A stretch of DNA of 64,000 bases from Chthonomonadales bacterium (GTDB lineage: Bacteria; Armatimonadota; Chthonomonadetes; Chthonomonadales; CAJBBX01). Both the position numbers and the translations under genes were made by a program. Within the stretch, counting starts at the first letter, position 1. The number at the start of each line of letters is the position of its first letter. Shown one piece after another: positions 9,067-18,691 of the stretch. The stretch lies in the NCBI GenBank assembly GCA_037443035.1, contig JBBIPC010000013.1, positions 1-64,000 of the forward strand, read 5' to 3'. Under the pieces are notes generated by a model that made no database searches, was not told where the DNA came from, and saw nothing but the letters and a program-made list of their open reading frames with translations.

Positions 9067-9676
9067 GATTCGCGTTGACGGTCATCGGCTGCCACGTATC
9101 TCCCGTCGTACATACCTTCTTCTCAACAAGCCAACCGGGTATGTGACGACGGTTCGCGATCCCCACGCGGCGCACACGATCATGGAGCTCCTGGGTGGCG
9201 TGAAGGAACGCGTCTATCCCGTCGGGCGTCTGGACGCCGATACAGCAGGGATCCTCATCTTGACGAACGATGGAGATTTCGCCCAGAAGCTCCTGCACCC
9301 GTCTCACATGGTCTCGAGGACCTACCGAGCCGTCGTTCGCGGCCTCATGGACGATTTCTCGATCACCGACCTGCAAGCAGGCGTCGCGCTGGAGGACGGA
9401 CTCACGGCGCCAGCCAAGGTCGTCGTAATCGAGCGGAACCTGCACAACAGAACCACGGTCCTCGATATCACCATCCGTGAGGGCCGAAACCGTCAGGTCC
9501 GGCGCATGCTGGACGCCGTCGGTCATCGCGTGCTCGCCCTCACGAGAATACGTTTCGGTCCGCTCACCTTGTCGGGACTAGCTCCAGGTACGTGGAGGAA
9601 GCTGCGCCCTGCGGAGGTAACTGCCTTACTGCAAGCCGCGGCCACTGAACCGACCGAGCCCGAGGATGGAGACTAG
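8921..9676 (+). CDS. rluB: rRNA pseudouridine synthase, RluB/RsuA family
   Basis: S4 domain RIQKLLADAGVASRR; YPVGRLD; EGRNRQVRRM. Confidence 0.9.
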   Translation: MDQRIQKLLADAGVASRRASETLMRSGRVTVNGRPVTEPGAKADPERDEIRVDGHRLPRISRRTYLLLNKPTGYVTTVRDPHAAHTIMELLGGVKERVYPVGRLDADTAGILILTNDGDFAQKLLHPSHMVSRTYRAVVRGLMDDFSITDLQAGVALEDGLTAPAKVVVIERNLHNRTTVLDITIREGRNRQVRRMLDAVGHRVLALTRIRFGPLTLSGLAPGTWRKLRPAEVTALLQAAATEPTEPEDGD

Positions 9677-10727
9677 CCTTCCTTTGGGACGGAGACGCCG
9701 GACCCTGCGCGCGCTTGCAACGTTCGGCGTGCTGCTGCTCGCGCTGCTCGTAGCCGGTCTCGTCCTGGGCCCCGCTGAGACGGGCATATCGCCCAGAGAT
9801 GTCGGCTCCGTGCTCCTCTCCCACGTCCCGCTGCCGTCCGCACTCCGTCCATCTCCGCCCGAAGAGACGGCCCAGGCCATCGTCTGGGACGTACGCCTCC
9901 CCCGAGTCTTCACCGCGGCCCTGGTCGGTGCGCTGCTGGCTCTCGCCGGTGTCGCGTTCCAAGGGTTGCTGATGAACCCGCTGGCCGATCCCTACACTGT
10001 CGGTGCGTCAGCCGGGGCGGCCGTCGGCGCTGCAGCGGCCGAAGTCCTGGGCGTCGGCATGCTCGTTGGAGGTCTTGTCGGCACAATGGCTGCGTTCCTG
10101 TCGGCAGTCGCGGCAGCAACGCTTGTGTACGCTCTAGCGCGTGTGGGAGGGCGCGTGTCGGTACAAACGTTTCTCCTCGCCGGTGTCGTCGTTGGGACGA
10201 TGCTGTGGTCTCTCATCCCCTTGCTAATGGTGCTCGCCGGACGCGCCGATGACCTGCAGCGGATCTACTTCTACTTGATCGGAAGCCTCCAGGGCGCTGA
10301 CTGGACACGTGCTGTTCTTCTGACACCGTTCGCTCTCATCACCGGCGGTGTACTGTGGGCGTGGTCACGCGAGCTGAACCTCATGACGCTGGGTGAGGAG
10401 AGTGCTTTTCACCTGGGTGTCCCTGTGGAGTCCTACAAACGGCTGGTTCTGGCGCTGGGTGCCCTCGCCACCGCCGCAGCCGTGTCCGTGGGCGGCATCA
10501 TCGGCTTCGTAGGACTGGTCGTGCCCCACGTCGCCAGGCGTTTCGTAGGACCGGACCACCGACAGCTCTTGCCTGTGGCCGCGCTCGCGGGTGCCTCCTT
10601 GCTTGTCGCTTCAGACTTGGTAGTCCGGGTATGGCTCAACGATATGCCCGTAGGAGTCATCACAGCCATTGTGGGCGCACCGGTGTTCTGCGTGCTCATC
10701 CGGCGTCGTCAAGCTGCCGCTTGGTAG
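9666..10727 (+). CDS. FecCD/BtuC-family iron-chelate or cobalamin ABC permease
   Basis: VRLPR, NPLADPY, LGEESAFHLG, IGFVGLVVPH, PVGVITA; multiple TM helices. Confidence 0.9.
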   Translation: METSLPLGRRRRTLRALATFGVLLLALLVAGLVLGPAETGISPRDVGSVLLSHVPLPSALRPSPPEETAQAIVWDVRLPRVFTAALVGALLALAGVAFQGLLMNPLADPYTVGASAGAAVGAAAAEVLGVGMLVGGLVGTMAAFLSAVAAATLVYALARVGGRVSVQTFLLAGVVVGTMLWSLIPLLMVLAGRADDLQRIYFYLIGSLQGADWTRAVLLTPFALITGGVLWAWSRELNLMTLGEESAFHLGVPVESYKRLVLALGALATAAAVSVGGIIGFVGLVVPHVARRFVGPDHRQLLPVAALAGASLLVASDLVVRVWLNDMPVGVITAIVGAPVFCVLIRRRQAAAW

Positions 10728-10730
10728 CTC

Positions 10731-11459
10731 CTACCTTGCCACAGCAACAACGTACACTTGCGCTGCCCCGGCCTCCTTTAGTACGCGACTGCACTCCGCC
10801 ACGGTGTGCATCGTCGTCAGAACATCGTCAACGAGCAGAACATGGCGTCCGCGAACCACATCAGCATCCACCACGGCGAACGCGTTCCGCACGTTTTCTG
10901 CGCGTTGCTCCGCGCTAAGGCTTACCTGCGGACGTGTGCGCCGAATGCGCTGCAGCGCCTTCGTGTCCATAGGCCAAGCTCGGTCACCCACGAACGCCCG
11001 CGCAAGCAGCTCGGACTGGTTGAAGCCCCGTTCGCGCAACCGGCTCCGGTGCAGAGGAACCGGCAGAACCACATCAGGCTCATGCGGAAGACGTATCGCT
11101 CCCGGTCCAGCCTCTCGCATCCATGCGCCCAGGACCGCAGCGACGCCGCGCCTACCATCGTACTTGAGCCGATGGATGGCGATGCGGAGCGTACCGTCGT
11201 AATGACCCCGGGCGCGAGCCCAGTCGAAGTGAAGCGGCGCCAGGAGGCGACAGTCCGTGCACAACCCTCTCCCGCCATCGCCCTCCCCCAGGGGGACTCC
11301 GCAACGCCTACATACCGCATCGGACTGTCTGCCGAAGGATTGTAGGCATTGTGCGCACACAACGTCAGCACCCAGCTCCCCGCAGACAGCGCAGCGCTTT
11401 GGATAAAGGAGCGACAGAAGGCCGTCCCATAGGAAAGAAAGGTGGTCTCTCGAGTACAT
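10731..11459 (-). CDS. comF: ComF-family protein (double zinc ribbon plus phosphoribosyltransferase-like domain)
   Basis: CxxC pairs, PVPLH...RGFNQS, LLVDDVLTT; likely ATG 11459. Confidence 0.9.
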   Translation of the reverse strand: MYSRDHLSFLWDGLLSLLYPKRCAVCGELGADVVCAQCLQSFGRQSDAVCRRCGVPLGEGDGGRGLCTDCRLLAPLHFDWARARGHYDGTLRIAIHRLKYDGRRGVAAVLGAWMREAGPGAIRLPHEPDVVLPVPLHRSRLRERGFNQSELLARAFVGDRAWPMDTKALQRIRRTRPQVSLSAEQRAENVRNAFAVVDADVVRGRHVLLVDDVLTTMHTVAECSRVLKEAGAAQVYVVAVAR

Positions 11460-11542
11460 ACTGCGCCCTCGTGGTTTTTCGTCGTTGTGCGGATTGCCTG
11501 CCTTTAATTGCCACCTTCTTCGGCTTTGGTGCTCCATTGCCC

Positions 11543-11571
11543 TTGACATAGGCTCGAAAGAGTGTTACTAT
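11543..11571 (+). promoter_or_regulatory. Near-consensus sigma70 promoter of the PEP-CTERM gene
   Basis: TTGACA-N17-TACTAT with extended -10 TG. Confidence 0.75.
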
Positions 11572-11648
11572 AGTGCACTCGTGCGTTCCGCGCGGGAGAG
11601 GGTTGGTGAGTCGCCGGCCCAAGCTCACTGGAAGGGAGTTTCAGGCTC

Positions 11649-12323
11649 ATGATAATGAGACCGGCTATGAGACGCTCCAGCTGGAGCAGCATACTCGTCG
11701 TTGTCGCATTCGTGTTCGCAGTGCTTCCTGTGCGTGCAAAGGCTATTGGACCGGCGATCGATTTCACTCAGATTGGCAGCCTCATCAACAACTGGAACCC
11801 CAACACCAATGGTTTCAGCCTGGGATGGGAGTTCGACGTCCTGCAGCCTATCACGATCGCGCGGTTGGGATACTTCAACTACGGTCCCAACGGCCAAGGC
11901 ATCACGACACCCCATCAGGTTGGTATCTTCGATGCCAACGGGTTCCTACTTGTCTCGGCGACTGTGAATCCTGGCGACCCTGTTCAGGGACTCTGGGCAT
12001 GGCATAGCCTGGCGTCACCGTTCACACTGCCAGTCGGAACAGGATACCGTATCGCCGGCCTCACGGGTCCGACCGACCTCTACACGTATTCGGTGCCGAG
12101 CATCACGGTGGATCCGAGCATCATCTACGTGCGCAACCGCTATATCCGGACGCCCACTGGCCAGCTGATCAACCCCCTGTACACCACCAGCGCTTACCCG
12201 GGCTACCATTTCTTCGGCCCCAACATGGACATCGTTCCGGAGCCAGCGCTCGTGCAGTTACCGTTCCTTCTGGGGATGGCTGGCCTGGGTTATTGGAAGA
12301 GACGCCGCACCGCGAAGACGTAA
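11649..12323 (+). CDS. PEP-CTERM sorting-domain surface protein (DUF4082-like domain)
   Basis: Signal peptide; LGWEFDV...ITIARLGYF; C-terminal VPEP + TM + KRRR. Confidence 0.85.
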   Translation: MIMRPAMRRSSWSSILVVVAFVFAVLPVRAKAIGPAIDFTQIGSLINNWNPNTNGFSLGWEFDVLQPITIARLGYFNYGPNGQGITTPHQVGIFDANGFLLVSATVNPGDPVQGLWAWHSLASPFTLPVGTGYRIAGLTGPTDLYTYSVPSITVDPSIIYVRNRYIRTPTGQLINPLYTTSAYPGYHFFGPNMDIVPEPALVQLPFLLGMAGLGYWKRRRTAKT

Positions 12324-12349
12324 GAGCCTTACGCGGTTACCAGAAATCG

Positions 12350-12374
12350 AGGGCGGACCCTGCCGGTCCGCCCT
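12350..12374. terminator. Hairpin between convergent genes, possible bidirectional terminator
   Basis: AGGGCGGACC-N5-GGTCCGCCCT perfect 10-bp stem; U-tracts weak. Confidence 0.55.
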
Positions 12375-12398
12375 TCGTCGCTTACGAGAGTTCGGGCG

Positions 12399-13277
12399 TC
12401 AGCTCCTCAGGGCTTCGGCGCCGCCGACGATCTCCGAGATCTCCTTCGTGATCGCAGCCTGACGTGCTCGGTTCAGGGCGAGCGTCAGACCCGAGATCAT
12501 CTTCGTAGCGTTGTCCGTGGCGGCACTCATGGAGGTCATACGGGCTCCATGCTCGCTGGCGGTCGATTCCAGCATGGCGTAGTAGATACGCGCTGCGACG
12601 TACCTCGGCAGCAATGCCTCCACTAGCTGACGCGTTGGCGGCTCGCTCAAGTACTCGACAGCAGCCTCCACGGCCTGTCCAGTGCCTGGCGGCATAATGG
12701 GCAGCAACTGCTCGATGGTCGGCCTTTGCGTCAGAGGGCTCACGAACTGTGTGTAGATCATGTGCACTTCGTCCAGTTCGCCCCCGAGGAAGGCTTGCCG
12801 GAACGTGTCCGCCAGGGCAGCAGCGTTTCGGTACTCCAGTTGGCTGGAGTCCTCCACAGGCCCTTGGAGCATCTCGAAACCGCGCCTTCGAAAGAACAAA
12901 CGCCCGCGTCTGCCAACCACCATGAGACGGACGCGGTCAGCGCCAAACTGCCCGACGGTCTGCTGAGCCAGCCTGATGACGCCTGAGTTGTACGAGCCGC
13001 AAAGCCCCCGGTCCGCCGTGATCACCAGCAACCCGACGTGCGAGCTGGTCTCCCGAGACCTGGCAAGTGGCGGCAAGGAGTCCGGCTCCCGGGTGCCTAA
13101 GCTTCCCAGGAGACTACCCACAAGCTCCGCCATATCCTCCGAATAAGGGCGGGACGCCATCAGTCGGTCCTGTGCCTTCTTCAGGCGGGCCGCGGCGACC
13201 ATCTCCATGGCGCCAGTGATCTGTGCTATGTTGCCTGCGACCCGGATTCTGTTCCGGATCTGACGCATGGTTGCCAT
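12399..13277 (-). CDS. atpG: F1 ATP synthase gamma subunit
   Basis: QITGAMEMVAAA, DRGLCGSYN, SEHGARMTSM, NRARQAAITKEISEIVGGAEAL. Confidence 0.97.
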   Translation of the reverse strand: MATMRQIRNRIRVAGNIAQITGAMEMVAAARLKKAQDRLMASRPYSEDMAELVGSLLGSLGTREPDSLPPLARSRETSSHVGLLVITADRGLCGSYNSGVIRLAQQTVGQFGADRVRLMVVGRRGRLFFRRRGFEMLQGPVEDSSQLEYRNAAALADTFRQAFLGGELDEVHMIYTQFVSPLTQRPTIEQLLPIMPPGTGQAVEAAVEYLSEPPTRQLVEALLPRYVAARIYYAMLESTASEHGARMTSMSAATDNATKMISGLTLALNRARQAAITKEISEIVGGAEALRS

Positions 13278-13372
13278 CTTGGATACTCGTCTTCCGTTCT
13301 ATGGACTGTCGTTGTGGGCAGGCGTCAGTATACCTCCCGACCGCGACAACGACTTCTCGCTCCTTTCGACCC

Positions 13373-13603
13373 CCGGTCGTTGAGTGGCCCGGCGCGAAGC
13401 GGACGGGGCGTATCGAAACGACCGGCACAGAGAACACCCCGCTGCATACTACCGGTGGTTTCGATACGTCCCGATGGCCATCGGGACTACTCAACCACCG
13501 GATCCACAGCCCCCACCTGATGCAGACGGTTGCCGACTGCCCCTGTGCTACCGGTCGTTGAGTGGCCCGGCGCGAAGCGGACGGGGCGTATCGAAACGAC
13601 CGG
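13373..13603. repeat. REP/BIME-like cluster of three palindromic units in alternating orientation
   Basis: CCGGTCGTTGAGTGGCCCGGCGCGAAGCGGACGGGGCGTATCGAAACGACCGG at 13373 and 13551 (identical); inverted relative CCGGTGGTTTCGATACG-TCCCGATGGCCATCGGGA-CTACTCAACCACCGG at 13452. Confidence 0.9.
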
Positions 13604-13806
13604 CCTACGAGCGTCCTGGCGGCCTTCTTAGCAGAATCCATGAAAGTGATGAAGGATTCCGCCTTGCCGCGGCGTATTGCTAGCTGTCGGAACGCCATGC
13701 CGTCCGATGGACCATCCAGGCGGCAGAGCGACCTAGCGACGGCGCGAGACCGCCATGCACGGTCGCGCGTGCGAGTCGTGCACAAACCATAGGAGGTACA
13801 GGAGCA

Positions 13807-14604
13807 ATGCGGAAAGGCTTCACACTGATCGAGCTGCTGGTCGTGATCGCCATTATAGCGATTCTGGCAGCCATCCTCTTCCCAGTGTTCGCCCAGGCAC
13901 GTGAGAAAGCCAGGGCCATCAGTTGTATCTCGAACATGAAGCAACTCGGGTTGGCATTCCGCATGTACGCCCAGGACTGGGATGAGCGGAACGTCATGGG
14001 CTGGCATGGTTACCACTACAACAAGTACAACGAGGGACCCGGCCGCTTCTGGTGGCAGCATGGTATCTTCCCGTACGTCAAGAATGTCTGGCTGTTCGCG
14101 TGTCCCAGCGTCTCCAATCCAGTGTTCGGTGGCGAGACGGGGCCGGTGAGTAGCTGGATCAACCCCACCGACTCCAGCTATCGGTATGAGTCCGGCATCG
14201 GCCTGAACTGGTACACACCCCAGTGGACCGACGCTGGCCAGTGGGGCTTCGGACTGAGCGGGCAGCCGGTGGGATCCCAAGCGTTCGGAGGCGTGACCGA
14301 CGGAGCAGTCAACGTGCCAGCTGAGAGAATAGTGCTGCTCGAGACTCAGAACGCTGTCGTTGGCGGGCCTAACCCCGGGCTGGCCAACTGCTGCGGCTTG
14401 CGCACGAGCTACGCCGACTGGGCGAGCGGTGTCGAAGAGGCCACGTACGGTGGCTACTTCGGCAAGGCCCGACACCAGGAGATGATGAACCTAGCGTTCT
14501 ATGACGGCCATGCGAAAGCCATGCGCCCGCGCAGTATACCCGAGGCCTACTTCGACATCCAGGACTGCTATCAGCGCAGTGACTTGTGCTGGTCTTGGCG
14601 GTAA
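13807..14604 (+). CDS. Prepilin-type N-terminal cleavage/methylation protein with H-X9-DG domain (DUF1559-like)
   Basis: [33 protein letters not shown]...[29 protein letters not shown]. Confidence 0.92.
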   Translation: MRKGFTLIELLVVIAIIAILAAILFPVFAQAREKARAISCISNMKQLGLAFRMYAQDWDERNVMGWHGYHYNKYNEGPGRFWWQHGIFPYVKNVWLFACPSVSNPVFGGETGPVSSWINPTDSSYRYESGIGLNWYTPQWTDAGQWGFGLSGQPVGSQAFGGVTDGAVNVPAERIVLLETQNAVVGGPNPGLANCCGLRTSYADWASGVEEATYGGYFGKARHQEMMNLAFYDGHAKAMRPRSIPEAYFDIQDCYQRSDLCWSWR

Positions 14605-14633
14605 CGCTTCGGCGCACCTGGGCTAGCACCTGA

Positions 14634-14673
14634 CCGAAGGGGGTCTGTGCGCACCGACCCAGACCCCCTTCGG
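14634..14673 (+). terminator. Strong stem-loop after the prepilin-like gene
   Basis: CCGAAGGGGGTCTG-N12-CAGACCCCCTTCGG perfect 14-bp stem, no U-tract. Confidence 0.5.
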
Positions 14674-14714
14674 ACACGCCGAACGGAGAGCGCTTTGGCT
14701 ATGGAGATCCAACG

Positions 14715-14945
14715 ATGACGATCAAGATCAGTCTGCCGGTGGCCATCACCGTGGCCGTACTGGCAGTTGCCATTCTGGGCTTCGTGGCCTGGAAGTACTT
14801 GGCGCCTGAGTCTATTCCGCGGGACGAGAAGGGGAACCCGACGCAGGTAGCGCCGCGGGAAGCACAGTCGGGCTTCAACGCCATGCAGAATCTGTGGAAA
14901 CAGGGCGTCAGGCCATCTGCCAATCAGACGCAGCCACCGCGATGA
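14715..14945 (+). CDS. Small single-TM hypothetical protein
   Basis: SD GGAG; N-terminal hydrophobic helix followed by a Pro/Gln-rich tail. Confidence 0.7.
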   Translation: MTIKISLPVAITVAVLAVAILGFVAWKYLAPESIPRDEKGNPTQVAPREAQSGFNAMQNLWKQGVRPSANQTQPPR

Positions 14946-15193
14946 AGAGCCGGGTTCACCCCATAGTTGCTGTTCTTATCATTCTGCTGGTCCTCGGTGT
15001 TGTGGCTTTCCTCTACACGAAGGTTTTCACCGGACAGGTGGAGGGAATCGTCGGGCCACCCTCCAACGTCAGTACGCCGCCTGCGCCTTCCAACCCTAAC
15101 GAAGGACCGATGAAGCCCCGGCCCAAGGGGGACTCCAAACCGGCTACTTCGGACCACAGCCAAGCTGCACCTTCTCACAGCAGCCATCGCTAG
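14942..15193 (+). CDS. Small single-TM hypothetical protein
   Basis: ATGA overlap with the upstream gene; MKSRVHPIVAVLIILLVLGVVAFLY followed by a Pro-rich tail. Confidence 0.7.
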   Translation: MKSRVHPIVAVLIILLVLGVVAFLYTKVFTGQVEGIVGPPSNVSTPPAPSNPNEGPMKPRPKGDSKPATSDHSQAAPSHSSHR

Positions 15194-15301
15194 ACGCTTT
15201 CACGCATCAGCGGGCAATGCCAGGCGGGCGGTGGAGTATGCATCTCCCGCGAGGAGGGAGGTAGTCTCGTCGCCTCGGCCGGACTGCACCGGGAACGAAC
15301 G

Positions 15302-15331
15302 TTGACTCAGATACGTGATGGGCAGTAGCAT
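15302..15331 (+). promoter_or_regulatory. Putative sigma70 promoter
   Basis: TTGACT-N18-TAGCAT upstream of ATG 15375. Confidence 0.45.
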
Positions 15332-15374
15332 AACGGTCGAGCATTACGGACGCCGACCATCCTAAGGAGAAGCT

Positions 15375-17018
15375 ATGAGGGAAGTATCTGTCAGTCCAGA
15401 AGGTCAGCAGTTCCCGATTCCCGCGGCGGAGGACTACGGTCCCGAGTACGCGCGGCTCGAACGGCTCGCATCGGAAGCTCGAGAGCAGGGCAGGGAAGTC
15501 GTGGTTGTCATGGGGGTAGGCTTCGTGGGAGCTGTCATGGCAGCCATCATCGCCGATACTGTGGACAAGAGCAGCGGCCGGCCGAGCAAGTTTGTCATCG
15601 GTTGTCAGCGCCCGAGCACCCGGAGCTACTGGAAGATCCCCATCCTCAACCGAGGCCTCTCGCCGGTAACAGCCGAGGATCCCGAGGTGGCGCCCATGAT
15701 CGCCCGATGCGTGCTCGAGAAGAGGACCCTGACGGCCACCTACAACCCCGACTGCCTGAAACTCGCCGATTGTGTAGTCGTGGACGTTCAATGCGACTAC
15801 ACGAAGAACGCCCTGGGCAATCTCGCGGACGGCACAGTGGAGATGCGAGCGCTGGAGGAAACCCTTCGTACCATCGGTGAGAAGATCTCGCCCGAATGCC
15901 TCGTGCTCATCGAGACCACCGTCGCGCCCGGCACCACAGAGTACGTCGCCTATCCTATCCTCAAGAGAGCTTTCGAGAAGCGCGGCATCGCGGCGTCACC
16001 ACTGCTCGCCCATAGCTTCGAGCGTGTCATGCCGGGTCGTAACTACGTCGCGTCCATTCGCGATTTCTGGAGAGTGTGCTCAGGATGCACGCCGGAAGCT
16101 CGCGGCCGCGTTGTGAAGTTCCTCAGCGAGGTTCTCAACACCGAGGACTACCCCCTGACGGTCATGGATCGGCCCATCGAGTCCGAGACTACGAAGATTG
16201 TGGAGAACTCCTACCGGGCGACCATCCTGGCCTTCTTGAACGAGTGGAGCCTCTTCGCCGAACGGAATGGGGTGGACTTGATCAAGGTGATCAACGCTAT
16301 CAAGGTCCGACCGACCCATAGCAACATCATCTTCCCTGGTCCCGGCATCGGCGGATATTGCCTGCCCAAAGACGGCGGACTGGGCCGGTGGGCCTACGAA
16401 CACATCCTGGGCTTCGAGGACGATATCTTCACGATCACCACGCAGGCCATCAACATCAATGACACGAGAGGACTGCACGTCGCTGCCCTGACGCGGGACG
16501 CCCTCCGTAATATGGGCCGATCCGTTACTGCGGCACCTATTCTCCTCTGCGGCGCCAGCTACAGAGAGGACGTGGGAGATACGCGCTATAGCGGCTCGGA
16601 GTTGATTGTACGCAAGCTCACGGAGATGGGGGCCGATATGCGCGTCCACGACCCCTATGTCGAGCACTGGTACGAGCTGGAGAACCAGGACACGTATCCC
16701 GCCGTCGGGCACTCGCTCAAACGGTTCTTCCGGAATCAGGACATCCTGACCGAGATCCGCGTCCAGCATGATCTGAAGCAGGCCCTCCATGGAGTCACAG
16801 CACTGATCCTCGCTGTGCGCCATGAGCCGTATCTCGAGCTGGATCCCGACACGGTGGTCCAGGATGCTGGCGGACCGTTGGCCGTCATTGACTGCTTCGG
16901 CATCCTGTCCGATGACAAGATCCGCCGCTATTTCGAGCTCGGATGCGAGGTGAAAGCCCTGGGGCGCGGCCACATCCAGCGGATCAAGGAAGCCGTGCGC
17001 GCATCCCGATCGCGCTAG
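15375..17018 (+). CDS. Nucleotide-sugar dehydrogenase (UDP-glucose/GDP-mannose/UDP-HexNAc dehydrogenase family)
   Basis: GVGFVG Rossmann motif, ETTVAPGTT, ERVMPG, KIVENSYR, PGPGIGGYCLPKD. Confidence 0.9.
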   Translation: MREVSVSPEGQQFPIPAAEDYGPEYARLERLASEAREQGREVVVVMGVGFVGAVMAAIIADTVDKSSGRPSKFVIGCQRPSTRSYWKIPILNRGLSPVTAEDPEVAPMIARCVLEKRTLTATYNPDCLKLADCVVVDVQCDYTKNALGNLADGTVEMRALEETLRTIGEKISPECLVLIETTVAPGTTEYVAYPILKRAFEKRGIAASPLLAHSFERVMPGRNYVASIRDFWRVCSGCTPEARGRVVKFLSEVLNTEDYPLTVMDRPIESETTKIVENSYRATILAFLNEWSLFAERNGVDLIKVINAIKVRPTHSNIIFPGPGIGGYCLPKDGGLGRWAYEHILGFEDDIFTITTQAININDTRGLHVAALTRDALRNMGRSVTAAPILLCGASYREDVGDTRYSGSELIVRKLTEMGADMRVHDPYVEHWYELENQDTYPAVGHSLKRFFRNQDILTEIRVQHDLKQALHGVTALILAVRHEPYLELDPDTVVQDAGGPLAVIDCFGILSDDKIRRYFELGCEVKALGRGHIQRIKEAVRASRSR

Positions 17019-17021
17019 CCT

Positions 17022-17831
17022 ATGCCTGACTATCGGCGTGCTGCTCGCGAACTGGCCTTGAGGGTTCTGTTTCAGGCGGATGTGGGTCAGCAGCCGGTCC
17101 GTGAGGTTATTGGCGGCGCCTTGGATCAGCTCACCGCCAGCGTTCGCTCTGGCCTGACAATGGCCGTGCGCCAGGCCGAGCGGCGTATGGGTGCAGCTCA
17201 GGATCCACCTTTGGTTCTCGTCTCCCAAACGACGAGACGGGAGCGCACGCGGGTACGACGCAACGTAGCGAAACAACTGCAGGCCGCCGCCGATGAGCTC
17301 GCTGCCCTCGTAGAACAGGCGCTTCAGCTCCATCCGTCCTTGACCGCCGACGAAGTCCTCGGGAGGTTCGATGGCGTCGTGGCTCCGTCTCTGAGGAAAG
17401 CGGAGCGTATCCTGGCCCGAGCGTTGCTCCCCGCAGACGAGATTAGCGGTTACGAGGACTGTGTCCGAGAAGCGGTGCGGGCCATGCGAAGGACGATGGA
17501 GAAGCGGTTGCCCGTTGCCAGAGCAACGGCTGATCTGCTCATCCGTCTGGCTGGTGGTGCATCGCGTTACCGCGAGGAGCTGGCCCGCCGTCTCAACGTC
17601 CTGACCGGAGAATGGCCGCTGGACCGGCAGGCCTCCGCCGACCGCAACATCCTGCGTCTGGCCGCGTTCGAACTCCTGTACTGCCCGGAGACGCCGCCCG
17701 CCGTGGTCATCAACGAAGCCGTCGAGCTTGCCAAGCGATATGGAACCGAAGAGAGCCCGCGTTTCGTCAATGGAGTGCTCTCCGCACTGGCAGCGCAGGA
17801 AGACAGAATATTGCCGGGAGGTGCGCCGTGA
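17022..17831 (+). CDS. nusB: Transcription antitermination factor NusB with a large internal insertion
   Basis: N-terminal [15 protein letters not shown]-terminal [17 protein letters not shown]...[13 protein letters not shown]...FVNGVL; located next to folD. Confidence 0.9.
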   Translation: MPDYRRAARELALRVLFQADVGQQPVREVIGGALDQLTASVRSGLTMAVRQAERRMGAAQDPPLVLVSQTTRRERTRVRRNVAKQLQAAADELAALVEQALQLHPSLTADEVLGRFDGVVAPSLRKAERILARALLPADEISGYEDCVREAVRAMRRTMEKRLPVARATADLLIRLAGGASRYREELARRLNVLTGEWPLDRQASADRNILRLAAFELLYCPETPPAVVINEAVELAKRYGTEESPRFVNGVLSALAAQEDRILPGGAP

Positions 17832-18691
17832 GTGTGCTGCTCGATGGCCGAGAGATCGCCCGGGTCGTGCGGGCCGAAGTGAAGGATCGCGTAGAAGCGC
17901 TGGTCCGGCAGGGCTATCCGGCTCCGCATCTCGCCGCAGTCCTGGTGGGCGATGACCCCGCATCCCACACCTATGTCTCCATGAAGAGCAAGGCGTGCGG
18001 ATGGGTCGGCATCCGATCGTCCGTCCACCTGTTGCCGGCCACGGCGTCTCAGGCTGACGTTGCAGGGCTGGTGGATCGACTCGATGCCGACCCGAACGTG
18101 AACGGCATTCTGATCCAGCATCCTCTCCCCGGACACCTGGACGAACAGGCCATCCTGGACCGAGTCAGTCTCGGAAAAGACGTGGACGGCCTGAGCTCGG
18201 CCAGTCTTGGCGCGCTGGTGACTGGACGGCAGGCGTTTCGCGCATGCACCCCGCTGGGCATCATGGAGCTGCTCAACCGCTACCAGATACCGATAGAGGG
18301 GAAAGAGGCCGTCGTCGTGGGCAGGAGTATCATTCTCGGCAAGCCTGTGGCGCTACTCCTGCTCGCCAGGCATGCCACCGTAACGCTATGCCACTCGCGA
18401 ACGACCCATCTAGCGGATGTCACGCGACGAGCGGACATCTTGGTGGCGGCCGTGGGCAAGCCAGAGCTGATCAAAGGCGACATGATCAAGCCAGGTGCTG
18501 TCGTTGTGGACGCTGGGTACAACCGCGTGGAGGGACGCAAGGGCGACGTCGGTGACGTGGAGTTCGCGACGGCGGCGGCTCGCGCGTCCCACATTACGCC
18601 GGTACCGGGCGGCGTCGGCCCCATGACGATTGCCATGCTCCTGAGGAACACATTGGCGGCAGCCGAGGCCGCATACGGGGTCACCACGTGA
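17828..18691 (+). CDS. folD: Methylenetetrahydrofolate dehydrogenase/cyclohydrolase
   Basis: GTG start 17828; [46 protein letters not shown]. Confidence 0.95.
   Translation: MSVLLDGREIARVVRAEVKDRVEALVRQGYPAPHLAAVLVGDDPASHTYVSMKSKACGWVGIRSSVHLLPATASQADVAGLVDRLDADPNVNGILIQHPLPGHLDEQAILDRVSLGKDVDGLSSASLGALVTGRQAFRACTPLGIMELLNRYQIPIEGKEAVVVGRSIILGKPVALLLLARHATVTLCHSRTTHLADVTRRADILVAAVGKPELIKGDMIKPGAVVVDAGYNRVEGRKGDVGDVEFATAAARASHITPVPGGVGPMTIAMLLRNTLAAAEAAYGVTT

Noticed and set aside
11549..11640. c-di-GMP riboswitch suggested by TCGAAAGAG
   Set aside because: The motif is within the promoter spacer and the other conserved riboswitch elements are absent.
13373..13603. Possible CRISPR array
   Set aside because: Units are ~50 bp, alternate in orientation, number only three, and no cas genes are present.
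16080..17963. Long antisense ORFs (also 13114..14475, 38769..39854, 47604..48854, 59594..60991)
   Set aside because: They shadow well-supported genes on the opposite strand, as expected in GC-rich DNA, and show no motifs.
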